Shown: positions 10,646-18,417, counted from the first letter of the stretch. The stretch: DNA of 32,000 bases from Ignavibacteriales bacterium (GCA_016700155.1 CP065001.1:409788-441787); one strand, 5' to 3'. Program-made: numbers and translations. The notes: generated by a model from the sequence alone, not told the origin.

Positions 10646-12028
10646 ATGCCTGACAAAAATCTGCAGAAATGTAAAAACATAATTAAACAAAAGAAGATCG
10701 AGTTCGTTGATCTTAAAGCAATTGATCTATCAGGAAGACTGCATCACATATCACTTCCGGTTTATGACAACATATTAGAAAAACTTTTATCCGAAGGTGT
10801 CGGCTTTGATGGATCAAGTTATGGTTTCCGCAAAGTGGAAAACAGTGATATGATCATGCTTCCCGATCTTTCAACAGCAGTTGTTGATCCATTCAGGGAT
10901 GCACCTACATTAAGTTTTTATTCACACATAGTTTTAACTGATGAAAAGCGAAGTCCTTTCAGCCAGGACGGAAGATACCTTGCTAAAAAAGCGGAACTGC
11001 TTTTAAAACAAATTACAGGCGCTGAAAAATCTTTATGGGGACCTGAGTTTGAATTTTATATCTTCTCAAAAGTTGAATATGATACACGTACAGCTACTTC
11101 ATACTACAAAGTAGAACACGCAGAAGAGTTTTATAAGAAAGCATATCACGCTGCAAATCCCTTTGATGAGTACGATGACTTCCGCGATGAAGCATGTAAA
11201 ATTTTAAAAGCACAGGGTATCAATGTTAAATATCATCATCACGAAGTTGGTGAGCGAGGACAGCAGGAAATAGAACTGTACTTCACAGATTTACTAAACA
11301 CCGCAGATCATATAGTCACTGCTAAGTATGTGCTGTTCAACTTTGCAAAAGAAAAAGGATTGTACATTACATTTATGCCCAAGCCGATGTATCAGCAGGC
11401 AGGCAACGGAATGCACCTTCACCTTTATCTTACTAAGAAAGGGAAGAACGCATTCTATAAAAAAGGTGAGTACGGAAACATAAATGAACTTGGCAGATAT
11501 TTTATCGGCGGAATGTTAAAACACGGTCCGGCACTATCAGCATTTACAAACCCGAGTACAAACTCGTACAAAAGATTAGTTCCCGGATATGAAGCTCCCG
11601 TTGCATTAACTTACGGACAGGGTAACAGGGCATCTGCGATAAGAATACCAAAGTATGTTTCCAATCCAGACGAAACAAGATTTGAATACCGTCCGCCAGA
11701 CGCAACGGCAAACCCATATTTATGTCTTGTCGCAATGCTGCTTGCAGGTATAGACGGAGTTGTTAACAAGATTGATCCTGTTCGCGAAGGTTTTGGTCCG
11801 ATAGATAAAAACTTTTTAGACGACAGTTTCAGAGAACATATACATTTCCTTCCAAGGAATCTTGCGGAAGCGCTTGACGCACTTAATGCCGATAATGATT
11901 TCTTAAGGAGAGGAAATATCTTTACAGATGAACTGCTTGATCAATGGGTAAAATTAAAGCAGGAAGAAATTATGTCGATAGGAACAATGCCGCATCCGTT
12001 CGAATACAAAATGTACTTCAATTTATAA
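10646..12028 (+). CDS. glnA: glutamine synthetase, type I
   Basis: Motifs 'GPEFEFY', 'HHHEVGERGQQEI', 'MPKPMYQQAGNGMHLHL' and 'NPSTNSYKRLVPGYEAP'. I place the start at ATG 10646 (MPDKNLQ...) because the TTG at 10601 lies inside the eno terminator stem. Confidence 0.9.
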   Translation: MPDKNLQKCKNIIKQKKIEFVDLKAIDLSGRLHHISLPVYDNILEKLLSEGVGFDGSSYGFRKVENSDMIMLPDLSTAVVDPFRDAPTLSFYSHIVLTDEKRSPFSQDGRYLAKKAELLLKQITGAEKSLWGPEFEFYIFSKVEYDTRTATSYYKVEHAEEFYKKAYHAANPFDEYDDFRDEACKILKAQGINVKYHHHEVGERGQQEIELYFTDLLNTADHIVTAKYVLFNFAKEKGLYITFMPKPMYQQAGNGMHLHLYLTKKGKNAFYKKGEYGNINELGRYFIGGMLKHGPALSAFTNPSTNSYKRLVPGYEAPVALTYGQGNRASAIRIPKYVSNPDETRFEYRPPDATANPYLCLVAMLLAGIDGVVNKIDPVREGFGPIDKNFLDDSFREHIHFLPRNLAEALDALNADNDFLRRGNIFTDELLDQWVKLKQEEIMSIGTMPHPFEYKMYFNL

Positions 12029-12036
12029 CCGTGCAC

Positions 12037-12263
12037 GGGGACGCATAATATGCGTCCCCTACGGTGTTAGTGCTAACCAGTATAAAAATCATACCAATAA
12101 AAAATTAAAATGAAGGGAATGGTCTTTGACAATTCCTTTCTATTAAGTGTTATGTTTACCAACCATAATATTGTAATGCAGAACAATGTCATGCTGAACT
12201 CGTTTCAGCATCCGCAATTGTTTCCGCATCCTCCTCACACCGTCATTCCGGCTTGTCCGGAAT
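12037..12263. repeat. cluster of REP-like GC hairpins downstream of glnA
   Basis: GGGGACGCAT-AA-TATGCGTCCCC at 12037-12059. ATGCTGAA-CTCGT-TTCAGCAT at 12191-12211. ATTCCGG-CTTGT-CCGGAAT at 12245-12263. They share the loop and stem style of the hairpins at 10525-10595. Confidence 0.6.
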
Positions 12264-12426
12264 CTTAGACCACATACAGTAGTACCTCAATCTTGCCTAC
12301 CAAAGATAAAATCGAAAATATAGAGTCGGAAAAATCTCAGCAGAAAAAATCTGATGGAAAGAATTTTGCTAAGGAGTGGTAAAGTATGCAATTCTTTAAA
12401 TATTGAAGTAAATACCAAGTATAAAT

Positions 12427-13449
12427 TCAGCGCACCTTAATTTTTTTCTCTAATGGAATTGCATTTCCCGTCCGAACAAAATCCAAATCATCTATAATTA
12501 TTTTTTTAAAAGTTAACCAATGATAAAACCTGTACGTCTTATCCAAGAAAATCATAACGTTGTTTTCAACTTTAATTAATTTTGAAGATTTTAATTCAAG
12601 GTATGGGAATTGTGATAATATTACTTTTGTAATTTCTAACTTTTCAGTTTTAATACGGGTACTTAGAATATTATAAATAATACTTTTCAAAAACGAATTT
12701 ACCGTATAAGTTTGATCTGAGTTAATACCGATGCCTGAATTATTGTTGAAACATTTTTTCATAAGCATTATTAATAATTCAATGGTACTTATAGAATATG
12801 TAATTTTATCCTTAATTTTGGCAACTATAAGAGATGTACGCTCTTCTGACAATGTAACTTCAACAAATGATCGTTTATTAATAATTGAGTATAAAAATTC
12901 AAATTCTTTTATTTCAGATTTTGTAAATGGTGCAGAATCATCTACTCTGAACTTTTCCAATTCCAATTCGAGTTTCAATTTTTCGTTTTGAATTGGCATC
13001 AACAATGCTTTAGATGCAGTTTCTAAATAACTCAACCATATCTCAGCGACAATTTGGGGAAAAACTACGTTATAATTTTTTTTGTTCCATTCAGGGAGTT
13101 GAAGACTTTGTAAATCCACTCTTAACCTACTTCTCAATGACTTTTCGGAAACATAAGGTAATATGCTAATATTTTTATCATTTAATTCACTTAACAATGC
13201 AACATCCAATTCTCTTTCAACAAACTTTGACTTAATCGAATCCTCAGTCAAATAGACTAATACAGAATCGCACGTAGGTATTCCATCTTCAAATATCGTT
13301 TTCAGGAAAGATTTTCCTGTCCGAATTTCAATTTCATCGCGCCATGGAGTAATCTGACAACGCATCAGATCATCAAACGCTTTCTTTACAAATTCTTTGT
13401 CATTTGAAGAGTATGAAAGGAATACGCGTGGTTTATTAATTCTTTCCAT
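12427..13449 (-). CDS. TIR-domain protein with a coiled coil and an unassigned C-terminal domain of about 190 aa
   Basis: 340 aa. The N-terminus 'PRVFLSYSSNDKEFVKKAFDDL...DSVLVYLTEDSIKSKFVERELDVAL' fits the bacterial TIR pattern (FLSYS start, S.W/F...E helix). It is followed by 'NEKLKLELELEKF'. The start codon overlaps the upstream gene by 14 nt. Confidence 0.75.
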   Translation of the reverse strand: MERINKPRVFLSYSSNDKEFVKKAFDDLMRCQITPWRDEIEIRTGKSFLKTIFEDGIPTCDSVLVYLTEDSIKSKFVERELDVALLSELNDKNISILPYVSEKSLRSRLRVDLQSLQLPEWNKKNYNVVFPQIVAEIWLSYLETASKALLMPIQNEKLKLELELEKFRVDDSAPFTKSEIKEFEFLYSIINKRSFVEVTLSEERTSLIVAKIKDKITYSISTIELLIMLMKKCFNNNSGIGINSDQTYTVNSFLKSIIYNILSTRIKTEKLEITKVILSQFPYLELKSSKLIKVENNVMIFLDKTYRFYHWLTFKKIIIDDLDFVRTGNAIPLEKKIKVR

Positions 13450-14281
13450 AATTTAATACCCGATCCCACTCAGTTGGTTTAAGTGACAAATTTAATTCCT
13501 GGATTAGAATAGAAGATAATCTTATTGAGATTTCAATGCTTTTTTCAATCTTCAATTTTGAAATGAAGAACTCCCGCTTCGTTTTAGATGGTAGGTCTTT
13601 TAAGCTTTTGACATGATAGATAATCAATTGTCTACTTACTTTTCCCACTGAACTATAGAGTTTGGACAATTCCTCAACATTCATTTTATACAAATCTATG
13701 TCATCTTCGGAATTTAATTGTAAGTAAGTAGGATAAATTGGATTATTATATTCATTAATGACTTCATCAAAATATCTTTTTGCATCTGTCCTAAATGAAT
13801 ATGAATAATTTGAACTTAATTTTCTCAATTCATCTAATGATCGCCTACTATCATTCTGAGCAGCAAGTTTGAGGAGTTCCAGATTTGTCAACTCAATTTT
13901 AGGAGTCAATATTGAGTCAATCATCTCTGTAATTCTTTTGTCTCCATATTGCTGAACTTTATATCTTGCCACCTCTTCAATTAATTCTCGAATGTTTTTT
14001 GAGTCAAACTCTTTTTCAATTTGTTGTACAACATTTCTTCTTACAACATCTACATGATAATTCATTGAATCTCTAATATTATCTTCGAATTTTTTAGTTT
14101 TTAATCTAACATCATCCATTGTTTCATTGATATTCGAATAAGTAAAATATCCGCCTATTAAAAAAACTAATGTCACAACAGCAACGACCCCTCCTACCAT
14201 CATTAAGAAACTACTGTGCGCTCGATAAATTGCTTCAACTTCATCAAATGATTTTCTTGATTTATTTTTACTTCGAAACAT
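13436..14281 (-). CDS. single-pass membrane protein of unknown function (N-terminal TM helix, long helical remainder)
   Basis: 281 aa. The TM segment is 'FLMMVGGVVAVVTLVFLIGGYF' after a basic N-terminus. I recognise no domain. It is co-oriented and overlapping with the TIR gene. Confidence 0.6.
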   Translation of the reverse strand: MFRSKNKSRKSFDEVEAIYRAHSSFLMMVGGVVAVVTLVFLIGGYFTYSNINETMDDVRLKTKKFEDNIRDSMNYHVDVVRRNVVQQIEKEFDSKNIRELIEEVARYKVQQYGDKRITEMIDSILTPKIELTNLELLKLAAQNDSRRSLDELRKLSSNYSYSFRTDAKRYFDEVINEYNNPIYPTYLQLNSEDDIDLYKMNVEELSKLYSSVGKVSRQLIIYHVKSLKDLPSKTKREFFISKLKIEKSIEISIRLSSILIQELNLSLKPTEWDRVLNYGKN

Positions 14282-14284
14282 CCC

Positions 14285-14467
14285 TCAAACCTCCAACATA
14301 ATCTGACTCTGTTTCAATTTACCTTTTAACAGCGCTGCTTTAAATGTGATATTTTGCTTCGGTAGATTCAGTTTGAAAGAATGGTCGATAAAAATTAAAT
14401 CAACAGATTCATCAGGAATAATATCCCTGAGCAAGTGAAAGCAGTCACCAAAGTATAGATAATTCAT
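14285..14467 (-). pseudogene. N-terminal remnant of an N6/N4 DNA methyltransferase
   Basis: 60 aa. 'LYFGDCFHLLRDIIPDESVDLIFIDHSF' matches the usual MTase N-terminus 'LY.GDC...L..LPDESVDLI..DPPY', but the DPPY motif has degraded to DHSF and the ORF stops about 30 aa later. Confidence 0.5.
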
Positions 14468-14662
14468 AGAGCCCGCTAATAGTTATTGATACAAACTTAG
14501 GAAAGATATTTATGAAATGTAACTACGATTAAAATAATTTTGATCTTCCCTCTACACTCACAACCTCCTTCAGCCCGATTACGTCCTCACCGCATCCAAA
14601 ACAAGCTCCATCCAAACCCCGCAATAAAAACTACTATCCATTCAACAATACTATAAAATCCT

Positions 14663-14774
14663 AACCTTAGTAACGCTCTAAAATTACAAACAATAAAAAC
14701 CTTATTACCTTATCAAAAAAAACAATAAGCTAATAAGGTAAAAAAATTTACTCACTTAATTAGTTACTAAGGTT
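14663..14774. repeat. nested inverted repeat (long imperfect palindrome)
   Basis: Outer arms AACCTTAGTAAC 14663-14674 and GTTACTAAGGTT 14763-14774 are a perfect 12 bp match. Inner arms 14699-14713 and 14725-14739 match at 14 of 15 positions. Confidence 0.6.
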
Positions 14775-14792
14775 AAAACAAAAAACCGTAGC

Positions 14793-14872
14793 GGCGCAAA
14801 CCCTTGCGCCCCACCCATGCCTCACAAACCACAAATCCCGTTTCTTGCCTGTCACGGCCCAAGCCGTGACAG
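14793..14872. repeat. two REP-like GC hairpins
   Basis: GGCGCAA-ACCC-TTGCGCC at 14793-14810. CTGTCACGGC-CCAA-GCCGTGACAG at 14849-14872. Confidence 0.6.
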
Positions 14873-14993
14873 TCCCTAACACACTACGCCTCTGCCTTAA
14901 AAAAAACACCCACCCCCAATTAACCTCGCAAATTTCCCTCCCCACCCCTCATTTTACGCAAAAAACAAACAAACCCCCACAAAACACCCACAA

Positions 14994-15253
14994 AACTTCT
15001 CAACCTATTAACCAAACTTCTCAACTTATTATCCAACATTCTCAACTTATTATCCAACATTCTCAAATTATTAATCAAACTTCTCAAATTATGACTTAAT
15101 ATGCTCAACTTATGACTCAACATTCTCAACTTATTAACTAACATTCTCGACTTATTAATCAAACTTCTCAACTTATTATTCAACATTCTCGACTTATTAA
15201 CTAACATTCTCAACTTACTATTGCAACTTCTCAAACTATTAATTAACATTGCC
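14994..15253. repeat. tandem array of 12 full 21-bp units plus one partial (consensus about AACATTCTCAACTTATTAACT)
   Basis: Units start at 14994, 15015, 15036, 15057, 15078, 15099, 15120, 15141, 15162, 15183, 15204 and 15225, head to tail with no spacers. The array ends 45 nt before the HTH ATG. Confidence 0.9.
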
Positions 15254-15298
15254 AAAACATTTAGTCAACAATCCAAAAACAACCGGCAGGAGATTTAT

Positions 15299-15703
15299 AT
15301 GCTTACATACAACCTTAACAAACTGTTCGCACAGCGTGCAATCAAAAACAAAATTGCTTTCCTTACAAAGAATGGCTTCGACAAACAAACCGCCGCCCGC
15401 ATAATCAGGAATAAATTTTCAGCCCTCAAACTCACACAAATAGAAAAACTCTGCCTCGCGCTCCACTGCACTCCCAACGACATAATCCAATACACCCCCG
15501 ATCCCCGACGACCAATCCCCAACCACCAATCCCCAACGACCAATCCCCAACCACCAATCCCCAACCACCCCCTTACAAAACTAATCCACCCCGGCATCCC
15601 CGAACAACTCGCAAACATAATAGACGACATCCCCATAGATAAACTCAACGACTTCACACAACAAATAAAAACACTAAAGACACAACTACTCAACAACACA
15701 TAA
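15299..15703 (+). CDS. small XRE/Cro-like helix-turn-helix protein with a proline-rich repeat linker
   Basis: 134 aa from ATG 15299, with AGGAG 6-7 nt upstream. 'LNKLFAQRAIKNKIAFLTKNGFDKQTAARIIRNKFSALKLTQIEKLCLALHCTPNDIIQY' matches the small HTH family common in Bacteroidota-like genomes. I reject the upstream TTG at 15221 because it lies inside the repeat array. Confidence 0.7.
   Translation: MLTYNLNKLFAQRAIKNKIAFLTKNGFDKQTAARIIRNKFSALKLTQIEKLCLALHCTPNDIIQYTPDPRRPIPNHQSPTTNPQPPIPNHPLTKLIHPGIPEQLANIIDDIPIDKLNDFTQQIKTLKTQLLNNT
15509..15569. repeat. 14-bp tandem repeat inside the HTH gene (C[G/C]ACCAATCCCCAA, 4 copies plus a partial)
   Basis: Copies lie at 15509-15522, 15523-15536, 15537-15550 and 15551-15564, with a partial at 15565-15569. 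The period is not a multiple of 3. Confidence 0.85.
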
Positions 15704-15750
15704 AAAATATTTTCACTAAGTTCACACAGTAAATTATCCGGAAAGAACTA

Positions 15751-16641
15751 ATGCCATACCTTGGTGAACTAAGCGCGCTTGCAACTGCATTCCTCTGGTC
15801 GGGAACATCACTTGCATTTTCATCAGCCGCAGAAAAAACAGGATCACTTCAGCTTAACATCAACAGGATGATTATGGCTTCGGTGCTTCTCATCTCTACG
15901 ATACTTATAATGAATTTCAGTTTTAATCTTTCATCATCACAATACACAAACCTTATCATTAGCGGTGTAATCGGACTTGTCATCGGTGATTCATTCTTAT
16001 TTAAAGGGTACCGCTACATCGGCGCGAGAATAAGCATGCTGCTGATGGCATTATCACCGGCAATGTCAACATTGCTCGCATACATTTTTCTTGGTGAAAG
16101 AATTTCTTTTTTAGGTTTGATAGGAATATTCGTAACACTTGGCGGTATTGCATTGGTTGTGCTTGGAAAAGAAACTGATCCAAATGCAAAATATAAAATC
16201 ACAACTGTGGGACTGTTTTTTGGATTTATGGGAGCGCTTGGTCAATCAGCAGGACTTATCTTTGCCAAGTTCGCTTTTGAAGAAGGTGATATAAACGGAT
16301 TTGTTGCAACATTCGTAAGAGTGTTTTCTTCGATATTGATTTTACTTCCTGCTGCATTACTTATTAAGCGATATAAAAATCCAATCAGACTTTATTCGAA
16401 CAATAAATCCGCTTTCGGTGCAACACTGCTTGGGACTATACTTGGTCCATACCTTGGTATAACCTGCAGTTTAATTGCGGTTGCTAACACAAAGGTCGGA
16501 ATAGCCGCAACACTAATGTCAACAATGCCGATAATTATGCTGCCGATGCTGCGATATATTTACAAAGAGAAGTTAGACTGGCGGGCATATACCGGGGCTG
16601 TACTTGCAGTGGCTGGTGTTGCTATGTTATTTTTAAGGTGA
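15751..16641 (+). CDS. DMT-superfamily (EamA-like) transporter
   Basis: 296 aa with about 10 TM helices and a duplicated EamA architecture. Confidence 0.85.
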   Translation: MPYLGELSALATAFLWSGTSLAFSSAAEKTGSLQLNINRMIMASVLLISTILIMNFSFNLSSSQYTNLIISGVIGLVIGDSFLFKGYRYIGARISMLLMALSPAMSTLLAYIFLGERISFLGLIGIFVTLGGIALVVLGKETDPNAKYKITTVGLFFGFMGALGQSAGLIFAKFAFEEGDINGFVATFVRVFSSILILLPAALLIKRYKNPIRLYSNNKSAFGATLLGTILGPYLGITCSLIAVANTKVGIAATLMSTMPIIMLPMLRYIYKEKLDWRAYTGAVLAVAGVAMLFLR

Positions 16642-16714
16642 AGTCTTTAAGGCAAAAAGAATTTCACTGAGAAACACAGAGAATCCGCCGAGGCGGAACG
16701 GAGTTACACTGAGT

Positions 16715-17089
16715 TTATAACACATATCTTTTAAGACCATCTTTTAGTTTCGTTACGTTGAAATTAATCAATAGTCCAATCTTCTTTTCAGCAAATCTCA
16801 TGTATGTTAATATTTGTGCAGTATGAACTGGCGCGATTAAATCGATTGATTTTAATTCAACTACTACTTTGTTTTCGATCAGTAAATCCAATCTGTAACC
16901 ACATTCAAGTTTAATCTCTTTATAAACTACAGGAACAGCTTTTTGCCTCTCATAAAATAATTTTGATTTATCTAATTCATAACACAAACACTCTTCATAA
17001 GCTGATTCAAGTAATCCCGGTCCAAGACTTTTGTGTACTTCAAGTGCACAGCCAATAATTTTTTGTGTTAATTCATTAAACTCTTCCAA
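16715..17089 (-). CDS. GxxExxY-family protein (PD-(D/E)XK-like fold)
   Basis: 124 aa. 'IIGCALEVHKSLGPGLLESAYEECLCYEL' contains the family signature G..E..Y, and 'RLDLLIENKVVVELKS' is also typical. Confidence 0.85.
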   Translation of the reverse strand: MEEFNELTQKIIGCALEVHKSLGPGLLESAYEECLCYELDKSKLFYERQKAVPVVYKEIKLECGYRLDLLIENKVVVELKSIDLIAPVHTAQILTYMRFAEKKIGLLINFNVTKLKDGLKRYVL

Positions 17090-17144
17090 TTTTTCTCCGT
17101 GTTTCTCTGTGTCTTCTCAGTGGAACTCTGTGAAATTCTTTCTT

Positions 17145-18335
17145 TTAAATCCCAAGTTCCTTTTTCACTTCAATAAATTTCTCAACTGCAAAATCAAGAT
17201 CGGCTTTTGTATGTGCCGCAGAAATCTGCACACGTATTCTCGCTGTTCCTTTTGGTACCACAGGAAAGAAGAAGCCGATCACATACACGCCTTTCTCAAG
17301 CATCTTCGCAGCGAACTTTTGCGACAGCGCTGCATCCCCGAACATAATTGGTACAATTGGATGAACACCCTTCTTTATTTCAAATCCTGCTTTAGAAATC
17401 TTTTCACGAAAATATTTTGTGTTCTCTTCAAGCTTGTCGCGTAAGTTTGTTGTTGAACTTAACATATCAAGAACTTTTATAGATGCTGCAACAATTGCCG
17501 GTGCAACTGTATTTGAAAAAAGATATGGTCGTGAACGTTGTCTTAATAAATCGATAAGTTCTTTTCTTCCGCTTGTGTAACCGCCGCTCGCACCGCCGAG
17601 TGCTTTGCCGAGAGTTCCGGTGATGATATCTATTCTTCCCATTACATCATTGTGTTCGTGAGTACCTTTACCATGTTTACCCATAAATCCAACTGCATGT
17701 GAATCATCAACCATTGCCATTGTGTTATACTTGTCGGCAAGATCACAAATGCCTTTTAAGTTTGCGATGTAACCATCCATTGAAAACACGCCATCGGTAG
17801 CGATAAGAATGTGTCTGGCATTATTTGCCTTAGCTTCTTTTAATTTTTCTTCAAGATCATTCATATCATTGTTCTTGTAGCGATAACGTTGCGCTTTACA
17901 CAAACGGATTCCGTCAATGATACTCGCGTGATTCAACTCATCACTTACAATTGCATCTTCTTCACCGAGAAGTGTTTCGAATAATCCGCCGTTAGCATCA
18001 AAGCAAGATGTGTAAAGGATTGTATCTTCTGTTCCAAGAAACTCGGTTATCTTTTGTTCAAGCTGTTTGTGAACATCCTGAGTTCCGCAGATAAACCTGA
18101 CAGATGAAAGACCATATCCCCAATGCTCAAAACTTTCTTTGGCAGCATTAATTATTTCGGGATTATCAGCAAGCCCGAGATAATTATTAGCGCACATATT
18201 TAAAACTTTCTGTCCACCTTTCACTTCAATATTTGCGCGTTGTGGCGAGGTGATGATACGTTCCTTCTTGAGCAAACCTTCGGATTCAATTTGTGAAAGA
18301 ATGTCTGTGTAGTGTGATTTAATATTTATAAACAT
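17145..18335 (-). CDS. kbl: glycine C-acetyltransferase (2-amino-3-ketobutyrate CoA ligase)
   Basis: Class-II aminotransferase motifs 'NNYLGL', '[10 protein letters not shown]' and '[13 protein letters not shown]'. The preferred start is ATG 18335 (MFINIK...) with AGGAG 5 nt upstream. It lies next to tdh. Confidence 0.9.
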   Translation of the reverse strand: MFINIKSHYTDILSQIESEGLLKKERIITSPQRANIEVKGGQKVLNMCANNYLGLADNPEIINAAKESFEHWGYGLSSVRFICGTQDVHKQLEQKITEFLGTEDTILYTSCFDANGGLFETLLGEEDAIVSDELNHASIIDGIRLCKAQRYRYKNNDMNDLEEKLKEAKANNARHILIATDGVFSMDGYIANLKGICDLADKYNTMAMVDDSHAVGFMGKHGKGTHEHNDVMGRIDIITGTLGKALGGASGGYTSGRKELIDLLRQRSRPYLFSNTVAPAIVAASIKVLDMLSSTTNLRDKLEENTKYFREKISKAGFEIKKGVHPIVPIMFGDAALSQKFAAKMLEKGVYVIGFFFPVVPKGTARIRVQISAAHTKADLDFAVEKFIEVKKELGI

Positions 18336-18417
18336 TTTGTCTCCTATGTTCGATACTGGATACATGATGCTGGATTCTGGTTAAATCAAGACAACATGTA
18401 TAGCCAGTGTTAATAAA

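Noticed and set aside
14994-15253. The two 21-bp repeat arrays (here and 23484-23672) were considered as CRISPR arrays.
   Set aside because: The units are contiguous with no spacers. The repeats are shorter than and unlike CRISPR repeats, with no palindromic core, and no cas genes lie in the window.
14920-15255. The minus-strand 111-aa ORF across the first 21-bp array translates as a leucine heptad repeat (LRMLVNK...), and plus-strand ORF 14845..15099 covers part of the same array. A real coiled-coil protein was considered.
   Set aside because: Any 21-bp repeat free of stop codons yields a 7-aa repeat. The second array's ORF (23455..23667, NVLNVNx) reads the shared GAATGT core in a different frame, so the conservation is at the DNA level and not the protein level. 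Several frames are open at once, and the ORF ends run into REP hairpins with no plausible start context.
12029-15750. The islands were considered as an integrated prophage, ICE or transposon.
   Set aside because: No integrase, transposase, tRNA gene or flanking direct repeats are visible in the window. Only compositional and contextual evidence supports acquisition.
17031-17444. A 137-aa plus-strand ORF spanning the GxxExxY/kbl junction. Many other antisense ORFs lie inside long genes, for example 5039..5515, 8572..8841, 9117..9455, 15295..15699, 19311..19945 and 21331..21582.
   Set aside because: All lie opposite or out of frame to genes with strong family motifs. They have odd composition (Ser/Cys/Pro-rich or low complexity), as expected for shadow ORFs.
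18336-18365. A longer kbl start at 18365 ([10 protein letters not shown]...).
   Set aside because: The internal ATG at 18335 has an AGGAG 5 nt upstream. The extension overlaps the inverted repeat of the neighbouring cassette.
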